Source: Penicillus capitatus (Eukaryota; Plantae; Chlorophyta). Taken from it: a stretch of DNA of 64,000 nt. Location of the stretch: NCBI GenBank assembly GCA_965649825.1, contig OZ287702.1:1044786-1108785 (forward strand), written 5' to 3'. The position numbers and the translations under genes were made by a program. Under the pieces are notes generated by a model. It made no database searches and was not told the origin of the DNA. It worked only from the letters and a program-made list of their open reading frames with translations. Within the stretch, counting starts at the first letter, position 1, and each line of letters starts with the position of its first letter. This document shows positions 1 to 11,472 of the stretch, one piece after another.

Positions 1-2943
1 CCAGAGAAGTCACCAGTCCCTTCAGTGTCTCAAACAACAGTCGTGCCCACACCAAAGCCAGTGCTCAGTCATCCAAGTCTGCCAGTTCCGATGGTGACAA
101 GCGCCATGCCCCATGCACCATCACGTATCGCCGTTTCTGAACCTGTCCCGAAGCCACTGACGACTTCTGTCCCAGTACCTGTCACCGTTTCCGCAAAAGA
201 TGCTGTTCAAACTCCGATATCAGTAACTAGACCTGCAGCTCCAACAGTGCCTACTGCCACATCAGTACCAATTGTCCCAGTTCCGCGTCCTGTCATTACT
301 TCAGATGCTTTCCGACATCTCGTCGAAAGTGTCAAGCATGATGCATTAAGACCGCCGCCAGCTGCACCAGCAGCAACGGTTCCAGTTTCACGTGCAGTTG
401 TGACGCAAGATGCCAAGCAGCATCTCATTGATGCCGCCCCGAGGCCGCCATCCGCACCGACAGCAACTGCGACAGTTCCTCGTCCGATTGTGGTGCGCGA
501 TGCCAAACAGCATCTCATTGCTTCTGCTCTGAGACCGCTTTCTGCTTCTACAGCAGCAACGGTTCCAGTGCCGCATCCTGTCGTAACTCAAAATGCTATG
601 CGATCACTAAAGCCAGAATCCAAGAATGCCATGCCAGAATCCTTGCCAGTCGCTATGCTCAATGCCGCCATTCCAGATCAGCGTCCATTGCAGGACAGAT
701 TTCAGCAGTCTTCTTCAGTGATTAGGCCACCTGTTACAAGACCTCCAACGGTCTCCGGAACTGCTGGCCCAACACCTCATCCAATGATCCAGTCGAGTAC
801 CAGCGAATCACTTCCCAGCACCAGGGAAGAAAGTGGTCGCAGTCAAGCTCCCAGCGCATTGCCAATACGACTGTCATCTACTCAGGTGCCAGCCCCTGTA
901 AAAGACGCACTCGTCTCTTCTGTTCCTCTGACAGCCTATGTCCAACACCCATTTGGTACAGCAGATAACGCCAAGATGTCATCCAGCACTGAATCGGAGA
1001 CAGCAATGCAGATGCCGGAAATGGAGAGACCCAGTGCGATGCGACAACCCGTCCCCCTTGCAAATTTGGCTGCTCCTGTCACAACAACTGCCATTTCTGT
1101 ATCCTCGCCAGAACGTGTGATACCGACAGAAAAAGGAAACGCGCCAGTTGGTACGAATAGTCCCAATCTGGAGCCCAGTGAGACCTCGGTTCGCCAGATC
1201 CCTCCGCCCGCTCGCCAAAACTCAGCATCCAGCGCCATGACGATCGATTCTGTCCCGGTTTACATGGAGACGGAAAACCTGTCGGCGGAACCAGACACGC
1301 CCAACGGAGACAATGTGGTGGTGCCAATGGATGCATCGACCTCAGCTCTCTCTTCCAGATCTATCAGAGATAACCACTCACCGAGATTTCTTTCCAGAAG
1401 TTCAACGAGCATGGGCACTTCGATTCTGCCTGAACCTATTGTTGCTGAACACAGCACAAGACCTTCCTACTCTCGGCGAATGGCAAATGACAGAAACGTC
1501 ACGGGTTCTCCGATGGGAGAACGTCGAACCCCGTCCCGTTCGCCAAGACCTATGGGACCGAGCAGTTCCCGTGTTCCGATGCGAGGCCGCGGCCAGCAAC
1601 AGATTGCACGTGGGTGGGGAAACAGAATGCCATCTGCTGGCAGAGAAACGCAATATGGCACTGGCTACGGACTGCGGAGATCGAATGCCAGTCGGCCCGT
1701 TGACCCTCCGTCCCTGGATCCCTTTGTCAACGAACTGCTTAGACAGATCGTCCGAGCGCCATCGATGACAGATTCCGAACGGGTTTGGGAAGGGCTCATT
1801 GAAAGAGCACAAGCATATCTGAAAGAAGGGTTCTCAGGAGTGATGGAGTACACGATGACATCCACCTTCGGAACGTTATGGTTGGAGGCCATCAAGATCA
1901 AGCCGCCATGGCTGGCTAAAGATCTGCTAGAGCTTTTTACCTTTCATCGAAGAGTCCTCTTCGCCCAACTGGTCAGTCGACAACTGATGGAGCTTATTCA
2001 GCATTTCAAAGACTTTCTCAGAGATGTCCTCAAAGAACAGCAATCGGCTGAACACGCGCTTAAAGTCATCAGCCTGACGAAAGAAGTGTTTGGGATGTAT
2101 CGATTCGAGCGTCTAAAAGACATGCCAGGCCCAAGCATCGGACTGATCGTGGAGAATGCCATTACCTTTGACGAAGCCAACAGGGCATTGCAGAAAGGAA
2201 AGGCAGATGTTCAGTTACTCTTTGATGAATGTGTGCACGAAATCCAGTCTCGCATCGATGGAGTGCGCACTTCTCAACTTGTGCGCAGCTCTGGACGCGG
2301 AAGGATGAGTGTCCAAGGTCGTTCACCCGGAAGAGGGTACAGTGCACGGGCATCACGGCTAGATTCTACGCCGCCGGCGGGTAACAAATCGTCCATACAG
2401 GACGCGCATGCGGCTACACCTTCAAGTTCATCACAGCCGCCAGCGATAGGAAATCCAACAACATCTGCCGGAGGGGAAGCTATGGCCTGGATCCGAAATC
2501 TCATGATGACAGTGGCTGGTAATTCATCAAGTGGATATGAGATGCTGAAGTTTGTGCAGTCTATGGTGGAGATTCTGGTGCGTGATACACATACCTCTGC
2601 TTCTGTCATCGCTGCCAATCCCAACAGAGTCTCTGTCCTCAATCGCGTTCTTCAGACTGTTTACCAGATTCTTATGGCGTTGATCGAGATGCACCGCGAG
2701 AAGGAGGAGAAAGTCGACACCGTCCACACAGCCAAGACAGTCTTGACTGGAATGAAAGACTTTATCACGCTAGTGCGCCTGGATGCTCATCGCTTCTGCA
2801 GAAAACTGCAGATGCCAGACGAACGTTTCCTGGATGAGTTCAAAGGGAAGCTTACTGGAGGAAAAGAACACCCTCTCCTGCAGATGGTTTCAGTTTTTGA
2901 TCAGAATTACCGAGCCCTGTACAGCGTTGTGACGCAGAACTAG
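1..2943 (+). CDS. Large hypothetical protein, 5'-truncated; Pro/Thr/Ser-rich N-half with ~30-aa imperfect repeats, helical C-half
   Basis: Frame is open from base 1 (the ORF-track start at 25 is a GTG) to TAG at 2941-2943; more than 970 codons without a stop; no family recognised. Confidence 0.7.
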   Translation, partial: PEKSPVPSVSQTTVVPTPKPVLSHPSLPVPMVTSAMPHAPSRIAVSEPVPKPLTTSVPVPVTVSAKDAVQTPISVTRPAAPTVPTATSVPIVPVPRPVITSDAFRHLVESVKHDALRPPPAAPAATVPVSRAVVTQDAKQHLIDAAPRPPSAPTATATVPRPIVVRDAKQHLIASALRPLSASTAATVPVPHPVVTQNAMRSLKPESKNAMPESLPVAMLNAAIPDQRPLQDRFQQSSSVIRPPVTRPPTVSGTAGPTPHPMIQSSTSESLPSTREESGRSQAPSALPIRLSSTQVPAPVKDALVSSVPLTAYVQHPFGTADNAKMSSSTESETAMQMPEMERPSAMRQPVPLANLAAPVTTTAISVSSPERVIPTEKGNAPVGTNSPNLEPSETSVRQIPPPARQNSASSAMTIDSVPVYMETENLSAEPDTPNGDNVVVPMDASTSALSSRSIRDNHSPRFLSRSSTSMGTSILPEPIVAEHSTRPSYSRRMANDRNVTGSPMGERRTPSRSPRPMGPSSSRVPMRGRGQQQIARGWGNRMPSAGRETQYGTGYGLRRSNASRPVDPPSLDPFVNELLRQIVRAPSMTDSERVWEGLIERAQAYLKEGFSGVMEYTMTSTFGTLWLEAIKIKPPWLAKDLLELFTFHRRVLFAQLVSRQLMELIQHFKDFLRDVLKEQQSAEHALKVISLTKEVFGMYRFERLKDMPGPSIGLIVENAITFDEANRALQKGKADVQLLFDECVHEIQSRIDGVRTSQLVRSSGRGRMSVQGRSPGRGYSARASRLDSTPPAGNKSSIQDAHAATPSSSSQPPAIGNPTTSAGGEAMAWIRNLMMTVAGNSSSGYEMLKFVQSMVEILVRDTHTSASVIAANPNRVSVLNRVLQTVYQILMALIEMHREKEEKVDTVHTAKTVLTGMKDFITLVRLDAHRFCRKLQMPDERFLDEFKGKLTGGKEHPLLQMVSVFDQNYRALYSVVTQN

Positions 2944-2988
2944 ATCGTGGACACTGACGAAATGCTTAAGGCGTATGTGAGATGTGCA

Positions 2989-3892
2989 TCAACAACGCAA
3001 CGTTAAATGTGTGAGACATGTCCATTCAGAAGATGAAAGGTGCTTCAGCGTTTTGTATTCAAACTCGCGGGCAAAGCAATCGATCAGCTTCGCATCAACT
3101 TCTTCCAGACATGCCGGCTCTTCGATCTCTGCATTCAGGTTTGTTACCTTCTGCACACACATATTCAGGTAACGCCATAAATGCCGTCTACGGCGTTGTT
3201 GTTCACCCTGTTATCGAGCCCGCACGGTATGATATTGGCGTAGTGACTCAGATCTGTCTTCACATTGAAAGCGATGCCGTGGGAACTGCACATCATGACA
3301 CGGTACTTTAGCATCTGCGTTTCTGTCTCTGACCTGATGCCTCTCGAGATGCGCACGCCGATCGCTCCAATCTTCTTTTCATCAATCCACACGCCGGTCC
3401 TGTCTTTGATCTGTCCTTTGGCAGAGAGGCCGTATTGGGCGACGAGGTGGATCATGACATTCTCGAGTTTTTCCACAAACCGACGAGCGCCCAATCTCTT
3501 CTCTCTTAGATGAAGGATGGGATACAGCACCAACTGCCCTGGTCCATGGTATGTCACTTCGCCTCCCCGATCGACCCACTCCACATCAAATCCTCCCGAT
3601 CTCAATTCCTCCAGAGCGAGATCGTCTGGGATCACATCGAACAAAATCACACTTCTATGGGTCTGAAGAAATGTCGCTCGTTTCCTCTCTTGCCCACGGT
3701 GTACACGGGTTGGTACTGATACAGCAATGGATGTGTGAACAAAAATGGCTGGCGGCTGAGCACCTGCAACGTCAGGAGAGTGTCAGGTATTTTGGCAGCG
3801 CTCCGCAGCTCATGAAGCTGTTTCTGCACTTTGAGAAATGCACTGTACTTCTGGAGGGCGGTGCCTAATCGAAAAACCTGCAGCAATGACAT
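2989..3892 (-). CDS. LIP2: Octanoyltransferase / lipoyl(octanoyl) transferase (LipB family), multi-exon
   Basis: Motifs [58 protein letters not shown] across exons joined by GT-AG introns; ATG 3892, TGA 2989-2991. Confidence 0.92.
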
Positions 3893-4874
3893 GCGTTTGG
3901 CTCATTCAACGATGGAAGACGCAGATACCTTAACACCGTTCCTGCAATCCTGTCAGGAGCCGGCTGCCGAAGAGATCGAACGTCTCGAAGCCTTTCTATC
4001 AAAGCATTCGGCTCACGACGGCACTCTTCTGCGTCCTGTCGTCGTCCTGACATCTGGCGGAACGACCGTCCCCCTCGAAAGACGCTGTGTGCGTTTCATC
4101 GACAATTTTACCACAGGGTCGCGTGGCGCCCTCTCTGCCGAGGAGTTTCTCAAACGTGGCTATGCGGTGCTCTTCTTGACGCGAGATCAGTCCTACCAAC
4201 CCTTTGGTATGGAGCTCGGAGACGATACCCCTGTCGAAGTGCTGAATAAGTTTCTCACAAGCGATGAAAAGGATGTGTACATTCGAGAGAGCACCAAAGG
4301 ACAGCTGCACACTCTGTTGGAACGATGTGTGACAGCAAGAGAGCAGGGACTGTTACACGTCATCAAATTCAAGACCATCTTTGACTATATGAAAGATCTG
4401 GAATGGATTTCGAAGACCTTGGGAAAGTATGGGTCATCTGTGCTGTTCTATCTGGCAGCAGCGGTATCAGATTTCTACATTCCGTGGGAGGAGATGCTAG
4501 AGCACAAGATTCAGAGCTCCCAAGGACAATTGCAGTTGCATCTTCATGGAGTGCCCAAAGCGCTGGGCGTTCTGCGTCATACGTGGGCCCCTGATGCTTT
4601 CATTGTGTCCTTTAAGTTGGAGACAGACGAAGAGATTCTCATCACGAAAGCAAAAGGGGCGATCGAGAATTACGGTGTCCATGCTGTTGTGGCGAATCTG
4701 CTGCACAATCGCAAGACGCGTGTTCTGGTGCTCAAAGGGGGGAAGGAGATGGATGACGGTCACATCAAGATCATTCAGAAAGAGCCACAAGATATGAAGT
4801 GCATCGAAGCGCCTCTGGTTGAGCACGTCACACAGATGCACAAAGAGTTCTTAAAGGAAACAAAGGCCTCTTAG
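3891..4874 (+). CDS. PPCS: Phosphopantothenate--cysteine ligase (CoaB/PPCS)
   Basis: [58 protein letters not shown]; start at ATG 3891 or 3912. Confidence 0.93.
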   Translation: MRLAHSTMEDADTLTPFLQSCQEPAAEEIERLEAFLSKHSAHDGTLLRPVVVLTSGGTTVPLERRCVRFIDNFTTGSRGALSAEEFLKRGYAVLFLTRDQSYQPFGMELGDDTPVEVLNKFLTSDEKDVYIRESTKGQLHTLLERCVTAREQGLLHVIKFKTIFDYMKDLEWISKTLGKYGSSVLFYLAAAVSDFYIPWEEMLEHKIQSSQGQLQLHLHGVPKALGVLRHTWAPDAFIVSFKLETDEEILITKAKGAIENYGVHAVVANLLHNRKTRVLVLKGGKEMDDGHIKIIQKEPQDMKCIEAPLVEHVTQMHKEFLKETKAS

Positions 4875-5291
4875 TTCAAACCGGAGGCATTGAGGATACT
4901 TTCGGAGACAATTTCTGTGGCCTGTGTAACAGAAGAGTGACATTTTTGAACAAATGGAAATCAAAAGAGTGACCTCGGCGTAACGATCGAAGCAGTGAGA
5001 AATGCACTTCTGCTCACTGCTGCCTAGACTCGTCCCCGGTCGTGAAACGCATCTCTCGAAGCATGTATTTCGAATGGTCTGCCACACAGCACTCAGATGT
5101 GCGGGAGAGTCTGTGGGATGATGACCTCATAGAACTCTTGTAGAAAAGCCATTTGCAGCTCCGTCTTGACCTGGATACCCAACCGACGAGATCTGGGGAT
5201 CTCGCCTGGCAGATGATTGGATGACCTGTTCGAGCATCCGAGATTCGTCCAGCTGAGGAGAACTCCCCGATTCGTAGGGCGCTTGACTCAT
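4871..5291 (-). CDS. TIM13: Mitochondrial small Tim chaperone, Tim13-like, 4 exons
   Basis: Spliced product MSQAPY...[41 protein letters not shown]...; twin CX3C motif; TAA 4871-4873. Confidence 0.85.
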
Positions 5292-5407
5292 CGTTGTCGT
5301 CTAGTGTATGGCGTCGTCTTCTTAGAAATAGAATGCCAGTGCGCGCACCGGCAGTGCGCCTTTAAGGATCTCCACGTATGCGCGCTCATCAACAGCACCC
5401 TCGCGAC

Positions 5408-6344
5408 ATGCACTTTGCCGGACGCAGTCTCGTTGCGACACATAGATACCTCGGGCATCGCTCCTGGCAACGTGGACGGCCTTTGCGTTCACGTCGATGG
5501 ACAACGCATCACGCGCAACCTGAATCCGTCGCCCTTCGGAGCGCTCAACCAACGGCCTTAAGCACCTGGAACAAACTGCCCATGATTATGGGAGGTCTCT
5601 TTTGCGGCATGGGTCTCTTTACAGTCTCTTCTTCACGTTTCAGAACAACAAGCGAGGCAGAAGTGACACAAGATGTCATTTCATGGCACGAGTCCTTCGC
5701 CCGCAATGCCGCTCTTGTAAAAGTACCTTCACCTCGCAGCGTGCTCAGCGCATCGCCTCTCACCAAAAACCTCATCCAGCAAGACAATCTGGTACGTCAG
5801 CTTCCCCTTCACTTCCATCGCATCTCATGTTTCAAATAGTTTGACAAAATGATGGAGGTCGAAATGGTAAAAGACATTCACTATTACTATGACCCCAGAA
5901 AGAAAGAGTTCCATTCCATTGTTCACCTCGGAAAGTGCGAGACCATCTGCATCTGCGCACGACTGCCGGCAGCGGTTCTGTTGCAGAGAGGTGTGCGGTT
6001 ACCCATACACCGTCCACGGTGGTCTCACCGCTGCGATCGTGGATGAGACGTTCGGGGGATTGATGTTCAACATCTGGCGTTCAGGAGATTTAGGATTCTC
6101 ATTGCCTGCGGTTACGGCTCGATTGGAAGTGGACTACTGCAATCGTCTGCCACAGAATTCCGTCGTCCGATGCCGGACTAAACTTGAAGAGCTCGGCAAG
6201 AGAGAGGGACGGTCATTCTGGATGGAAGCTGAACTCTGTGATCAGTCGGGCGCCATCACCTATGCAACGGCTCGTGCTTGTTTTGTCTCTCCCAGTTGGA
6301 GCAGATCCGCGATCAAATGGATCAAAGGCATCACGGGAAACTGA
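5408..6344 (+). CDS. HotDog-fold acyl-CoA thioesterase (THEM4/PaaI-like) with N-terminal targeting peptide
   Basis: VCGYPYTVHGGLTAAIVDETFG and AVTARLEVDY motifs; upstream exons at 5408-5940. Confidence 0.8.
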
Positions 6345-6465
6345 ATGCATGGATGGTCGACATTTGATAATTCTTTATTCTGTTATGAATGACTGGCGTT
6401 GCCTCATTGTGTCATCCGTCGCATCGGATAACGGGAACAGACGGTTGGGTTTATTCGCATCTCCA

Positions 6466-7381
6466 ATGGCCACCGCTGCGGCACTCGATCGATCGGACAC
6501 CGCGTCGATGCGAACAGCCGAAGAGAAAACGCGATTTCAAGCCGAACGTATTGCATCGCTCCGCCGCCTTCTCGGCCCGCAACTCGACACCATTGAACAG
6601 AAACTCATAAAAGGTGTCGAAATGCCGAGTGGCCATTTCATGCAGCAGCATTTCGCTGCCTTAGGTGGTGAGTTTCGTGGGGATGAGAGTTTGGATGATG
6701 CTTATCTACGTCGTTGGCTTCGTGCGCGTTACTGGGATGTGGATAATACAGCCCAATCGATCCAGGATCATGCCACATGGCGTCTAACATACTGTCCACA
6801 TCATGGACGCATCCAACCCGTCCATATCCCTTCCCCATAACCAAAGCGTCATGATTGACCTTCAGGACGACATTAAAAATGAGTTGGCAACGGGGAAGAT
6901 GTGTTTGCAAGGATTGGATCGTAAAGGACGGGCTGTGCTGCTCGTCCTCGCTGCACGTCATAGTATGTTCGTGCGGGATGCAGAGGAGGTCGAGCGTCTC
7001 CTGTGCTATGCCATCGATCGACAACTGGATCTGGCCGATGTCCAGCTGAATCCCCAGCGCAAGACATGTGTGCTGTTTGATTTGACAGGCATTGGTGTGT
7101 CCACTCTGGATGTGACGGTTATGCATCAAGTCTATACGATGCTGTCGGGGCATTTTGTGGAAAGACTGGGAAAGCTGTTCCTCTTCAATGCCCCAATGAT
7201 CTTCTGGGCGACATGGAGCGGATTTTCATCCATCATTCCTAAAGCATCGCTAGATCGAATTGAGTTCATTGATCCGAGCGATTTGACATCATTGCATGCT
7301 GAAATTCCTTTAGACATTTTGCCGGAGCCTTATGAAGGCACAGGCACCTACATTCCCATTCAAGACTACAGCCGATGCTGA
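6466..7381 (+). CDS. CRAL-TRIO (Sec14-like) lipid-binding protein, 2 exons
   Basis: DDAYLRRWLRARYWD; GLDRKGRAVL, LFDLTG, HFVERLGKLFLFNAPMIFWATW, IPLDILPEPYEG; intron ~6820-6865. Confidence 0.88.
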
Positions 7382-7505
7382 TCGTGTTGTGTGTCGCTTT
7401 GTCATTCATGCGTAACGACGGAACACTTCTTACACAACAGAATGTGAGACGATATTCAAAATTGCAATATCATCATCGATCTTCTTCTCAAACGACTGCG
7501 TGCAA

Positions 7506-8449
7506 TTAAAAAGGAAGCGCTCGGAATTCGTCTTCCTCTGGACCACCCAACGCTTTCCTCGCTTCCGTGAAGAAAGGCCACAGAGAAGCTATCACGATGG
7601 CCAGTGTCACTTCTCCGCCCACTTTAGATGTGTAGACTGTATGGAATAGACGTGAATGAGTGAGAAAGAGTGATGTTACGTATGGTACTGTTGTTGTTGA
7701 AGGGATCGGCCAGGTGGTCTTTGAAGCATGCGATGGGACCTTTGCCCGTCACGGCTGCTTGTGAGCAGAATCCCAGAAAGGCTAACATCGCCAATCGTCC
7801 GTTCTTCAGTTCCTTCACTTTCATTTCGTCCGATTTCATTCCGGCGGGATCGAAAGGAGCGAAACCGAGCAGACCACACTACGTCTCACACTTTTCACTC
7901 AATGCTACGACGAAGAGATCGCTCACTTCGCCCGTTGCTTTGAAGATTTGGTATCGCTTGTATTCGAGAGCACCCATGATCACGACCTCAAAGATGATCA
8001 GGATGCTCAACGGAAAGGGCAGATCCACCTGGACATGGTGTTGAGCAAGAATGTGTGAGATAATGTGTGACCTTAGCGCCTGCTTCCCAAAAGTTAGGCC
8101 CTCCTGCTGCTTCGACCAAGAGAATGCCGGGAACAGCCATCATCGCCCAACGACCATTCATCAACTCTGCCTCACGATACCACGGCAAAGCTTCTTTGTT
8201 GGCACCCAGAGACAGCGGATCAAACCCATAGTCTCCCGCTAAAGCAGAGGGGCTGCCCTCGAGAACAGCGTACATGTCGAGCGGCGCTTTACCCATGGAG
8301 CCATCGAGGTGGGCGGGAGGCTTTGCTCCTGGGTACCACAGGATACGATTACTGGCCCGAACGGAGACAGTTCGCGTCGCAGTCGAGGTCTTCGTGAACT
8401 TCGACACGAGCGAACGGCCCGAGAGAGACGTAGAGACGGAGGACATCAT
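7506..8449 (-). CDS. LHCA2: PSI light-harvesting chlorophyll a/b protein, algal Lhca2 type
   Basis: [59 protein letters not shown], plus a last exon [23 protein letters not shown] (extra C-terminal TM helix typical of chlorophyte Lhca2). Confidence 0.9.
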
Positions 8450-8615
8450 CGACGTTATCTTCTCGAGACCGAAAAGGCGAAAAACGAAAGAATAGACGGA
8501 AGTGCGTGGACAAGCGGGGGGCGATCTTTAGATCCAGAAAGTCGAGATCGATCATCGGTGCGCGCACCGGCAAAAAAGAAGAGTCTTCTCCCACAGCATT
8601 TCGAAAAGGAACGAG

Positions 8616-11431
8616 TCAGCCGGTATGGCGCACCCGGCGGTGAGGAATGATCTTCTTGAACTCTTCTTGCTGCTTCATAGCTTCGCAGATCTGCCAGATG
8701 TAGGCTTCGTATTTTGGCGTGCGTTTGCATGTAGCATGCAGAAAGGCCAATGAAGCCAAAGAAATCCTCGGAATCCTACAGGCTCTGCTCATTGGACACA
8801 CCATCAGAATAGAGAGAAAAAGTGTGACCTTGAGTTTCTCTTTTGAGCAGGGATCGTTCGGATCATCTTCTCTGCTGCAATGCTCCATTGGAGAAAGACT
8901 TCGATGGCCCAGTCGACTCGTTGCAGCGTACAGCTTGATTCGATGAGCAGTTCGAAGACTTGGCAGACGTCCTTTGCCAGAAGCATGATACCGGATGCGT
9001 TGTTTAGGATCGAAATCTGACGGAAGACGTACATGGCCGTCTGCAACTGACTCTTCTGCACTAGACCGACGATCAAGAAACCCAAAGACGTCACTTTGGG
9101 CAAGGCACTGTATGCAATACGCTCTTTGCGGCGCGAAACAGTCGGGTGCCACTCACGATTGATATGGGATGGGTCAATGGATGGCAGCCCTGCCCTTTCA
9201 AACATATTGTTGGTCACTCGAATCGCCGCCAGCACCTCTCCTGCTTTGCTCAATGACTTGATCAAGGCAGATGCTGCCTCCACACGCACAAAGTGCCGTC
9301 GAGCCGTCATCTCTTTGTAGAGAACGAAGGCGTGTTGACTGTCTGACTCACGGCAGCAAGCGAGTATCAAGCAATTGAGTGTTTCGGCGCTTGGCGCCAT
9401 CGATCGGTGTTTCATCATCCTCAACAGCACCAAAGATCGTGGCAGGTATTCGACGGCCAATGCTCTTGTCATAGAATTCATGGTCTCCTCGGCAATGTCG
9501 CCGTGTTTGCGAACAAGCACCTTGATGAGGTCAAGGGCATCGTCCAAACGGCCGACTTCCGTGCACATGCCGATCAAGACATTGTGGCATTGGTCAGATG
9601 GACTGACGCTGTATAGGCATGCTTCTCTATACAAGGCAAAGGCACCATCGACATTCTCTGTCGCTCGAAAGGCTTCGAACAGACAGCCATACGTCACAAC
9701 TGTCGGTCGTATCTTCTCCCGTTTGAGGCGCTGGAACAGATCGAAAGCCAGATTGAGATTGGGTTCGGAGCCGTCTTTGACACAGGTATCGATGGCCGAT
9801 GTGTAGCATTCCACTGTCGGCGCCAGTCCCTTCTCTCGCATCTCCTCCAGCAAGGTCATAGAACCTGCGACATCTCTTCGATCGGCACAATGGCTCAGCA
9901 GAATGGAGTAGGTCGTGCTGTCCATTGAACAGTCCGCCATCTGCATGTCTTTTAACACGTTCTGAATCTTAGGTGCGTCATCTGCCGTGCTCAGAGATGC
10001 GAGAACCGAGTTGTAGGTAATGCGATCGGGAGAGGGTCCGTGTTGCTGCATGGATGCATACGTGCCCAACGCTTCTCCTGCGTTTCTCGTTTCTGCATAG
10101 AAATGCAGCAAAGAGTTGAATGCCCAACGCATGGTGTCTTCTGCTGATGTCTTGTCTCTCATCGCCAGCCAACTCCCTTTCAATTCGTAAACAATCTGCG
10201 AAACAAATCGCCATCCCCTTTGTTTCAACGTCATTGCCCCACAGGCGTTGATGATCGCCGAGTAGACATATCCATTCGGTTCCACGCCATCACTCTTGAT
10301 CATTTTCCATACGTCCTTTGCTCTCTGCGGTATCTTCTGCCGACAACAGAACTTGATCAGTGCACAGTAGACTTTGTTTCCCGGACACGTCTCTTGACGA
10401 AATTCGCTGACGGTGGAGAAAACGAACTGCAGATGCTCGGCATCGAGTTTCTGCAGAGAGAAGGCGCTGATCATAGCACTCAGTATGTGTTGATTCATGG
10501 GAAGCTCGTGTTGCTTCATCGAAGAGATCATCTCGATCAACCACTCCACATCCACAGAGGCCGTCTTCTTTGTAATACAGTCGAAGAGAATGGTGAAGGT
10601 ATGTGGCATTGGCTTCAACTCTTTCGACTGCAGTTCGGTATAGAGTTCTCGAAATCTGTCAAAGTTCCCTCGATTGCCCCATGCACGCAGTATGGCAACG
10701 TAGGATATGGCATCCGCTTTCATCCCACTCCTCTTCAACTTTTCCCATATCTCTTCTGCCTTTCCAACATTGCCAGTGCGCGCATAAGCATCTATCATGG
10801 TATTGTAGACGTAGATACTGTCCTCCCCTGCTTCTACCGCCGTATCAAACACGGATCGCGCTTCTTTCAGTCGACCCAGTCTGCTGAGTGCAATGATGTG
10901 GGCATTGTATATATACGCATCTGGAGTATTCTCCGGACTCGCTTGCAGATCTATGAGATCGCAGATATACTGATACTGTCCCAGCCTCAGGCATTTTTTC
11001 AGTGCCGTACCAAACAGATATCGATTTGACGGGAATCGTCGAAAGAAGGCAAAGACGAGATCACTGCGTCGCATTTTGAGACACTCGTTCAGAAAGATCT
11101 TCGGTTTTTCATCCATCTCATGTATGGAAGACGAAGGATCCGGGGAATAGGGATCATCGATCTTCTGTCGCGAAGTCAAAAGCTCCAGCATTAAATTCCA
11201 TGACGCGTCCAGATTTCTCTCCGCCAGCGCCCTGTCCAATGGGTTTGTAGAAACATTGTATTGTCCTGGCTCCTCTTGAACAAGAGGCGATGCTTGATTA
11301 GAAAGACGACGATTTGAAAAGGATTGTCGCGTTCCCCTGCGAACAGGTCGCTCTCGGTAGCAGTAGAGCTGCTTCGACGCAACACGCATCCAACGATGCC
11401 CTTGCCATGACCCTAAACGCGAACGTTGCAT
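8616..11431 (-). CDS. Pentatricopeptide repeat (PPR) protein, organelle-targeted
   Basis: 875-aa ORF with many PPR motifs (PDAYIYNAHIIALSRLG, VYVYNTMIDAYARTG, PNGYVYSAIINACG, PTVVTYGCLFEAF); last intron ~8770-8815 joins the C-terminal exon ending at 8616. Confidence 0.9.
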
Positions 11432-11472
11432 GCTGTCCTCAAACGCACATCAATCCGTTCATCGAAAAACGA

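Noticed and set aside
8229-8292. In-frame, stop-free introns (LHCA2, CDC6 Walker A, LIP2) as regulated intron retention
   Set aside because: For ~48-nt introns at ~50% GC a sizeable fraction is expected to be 3n and stop-free by chance; no enrichment shown
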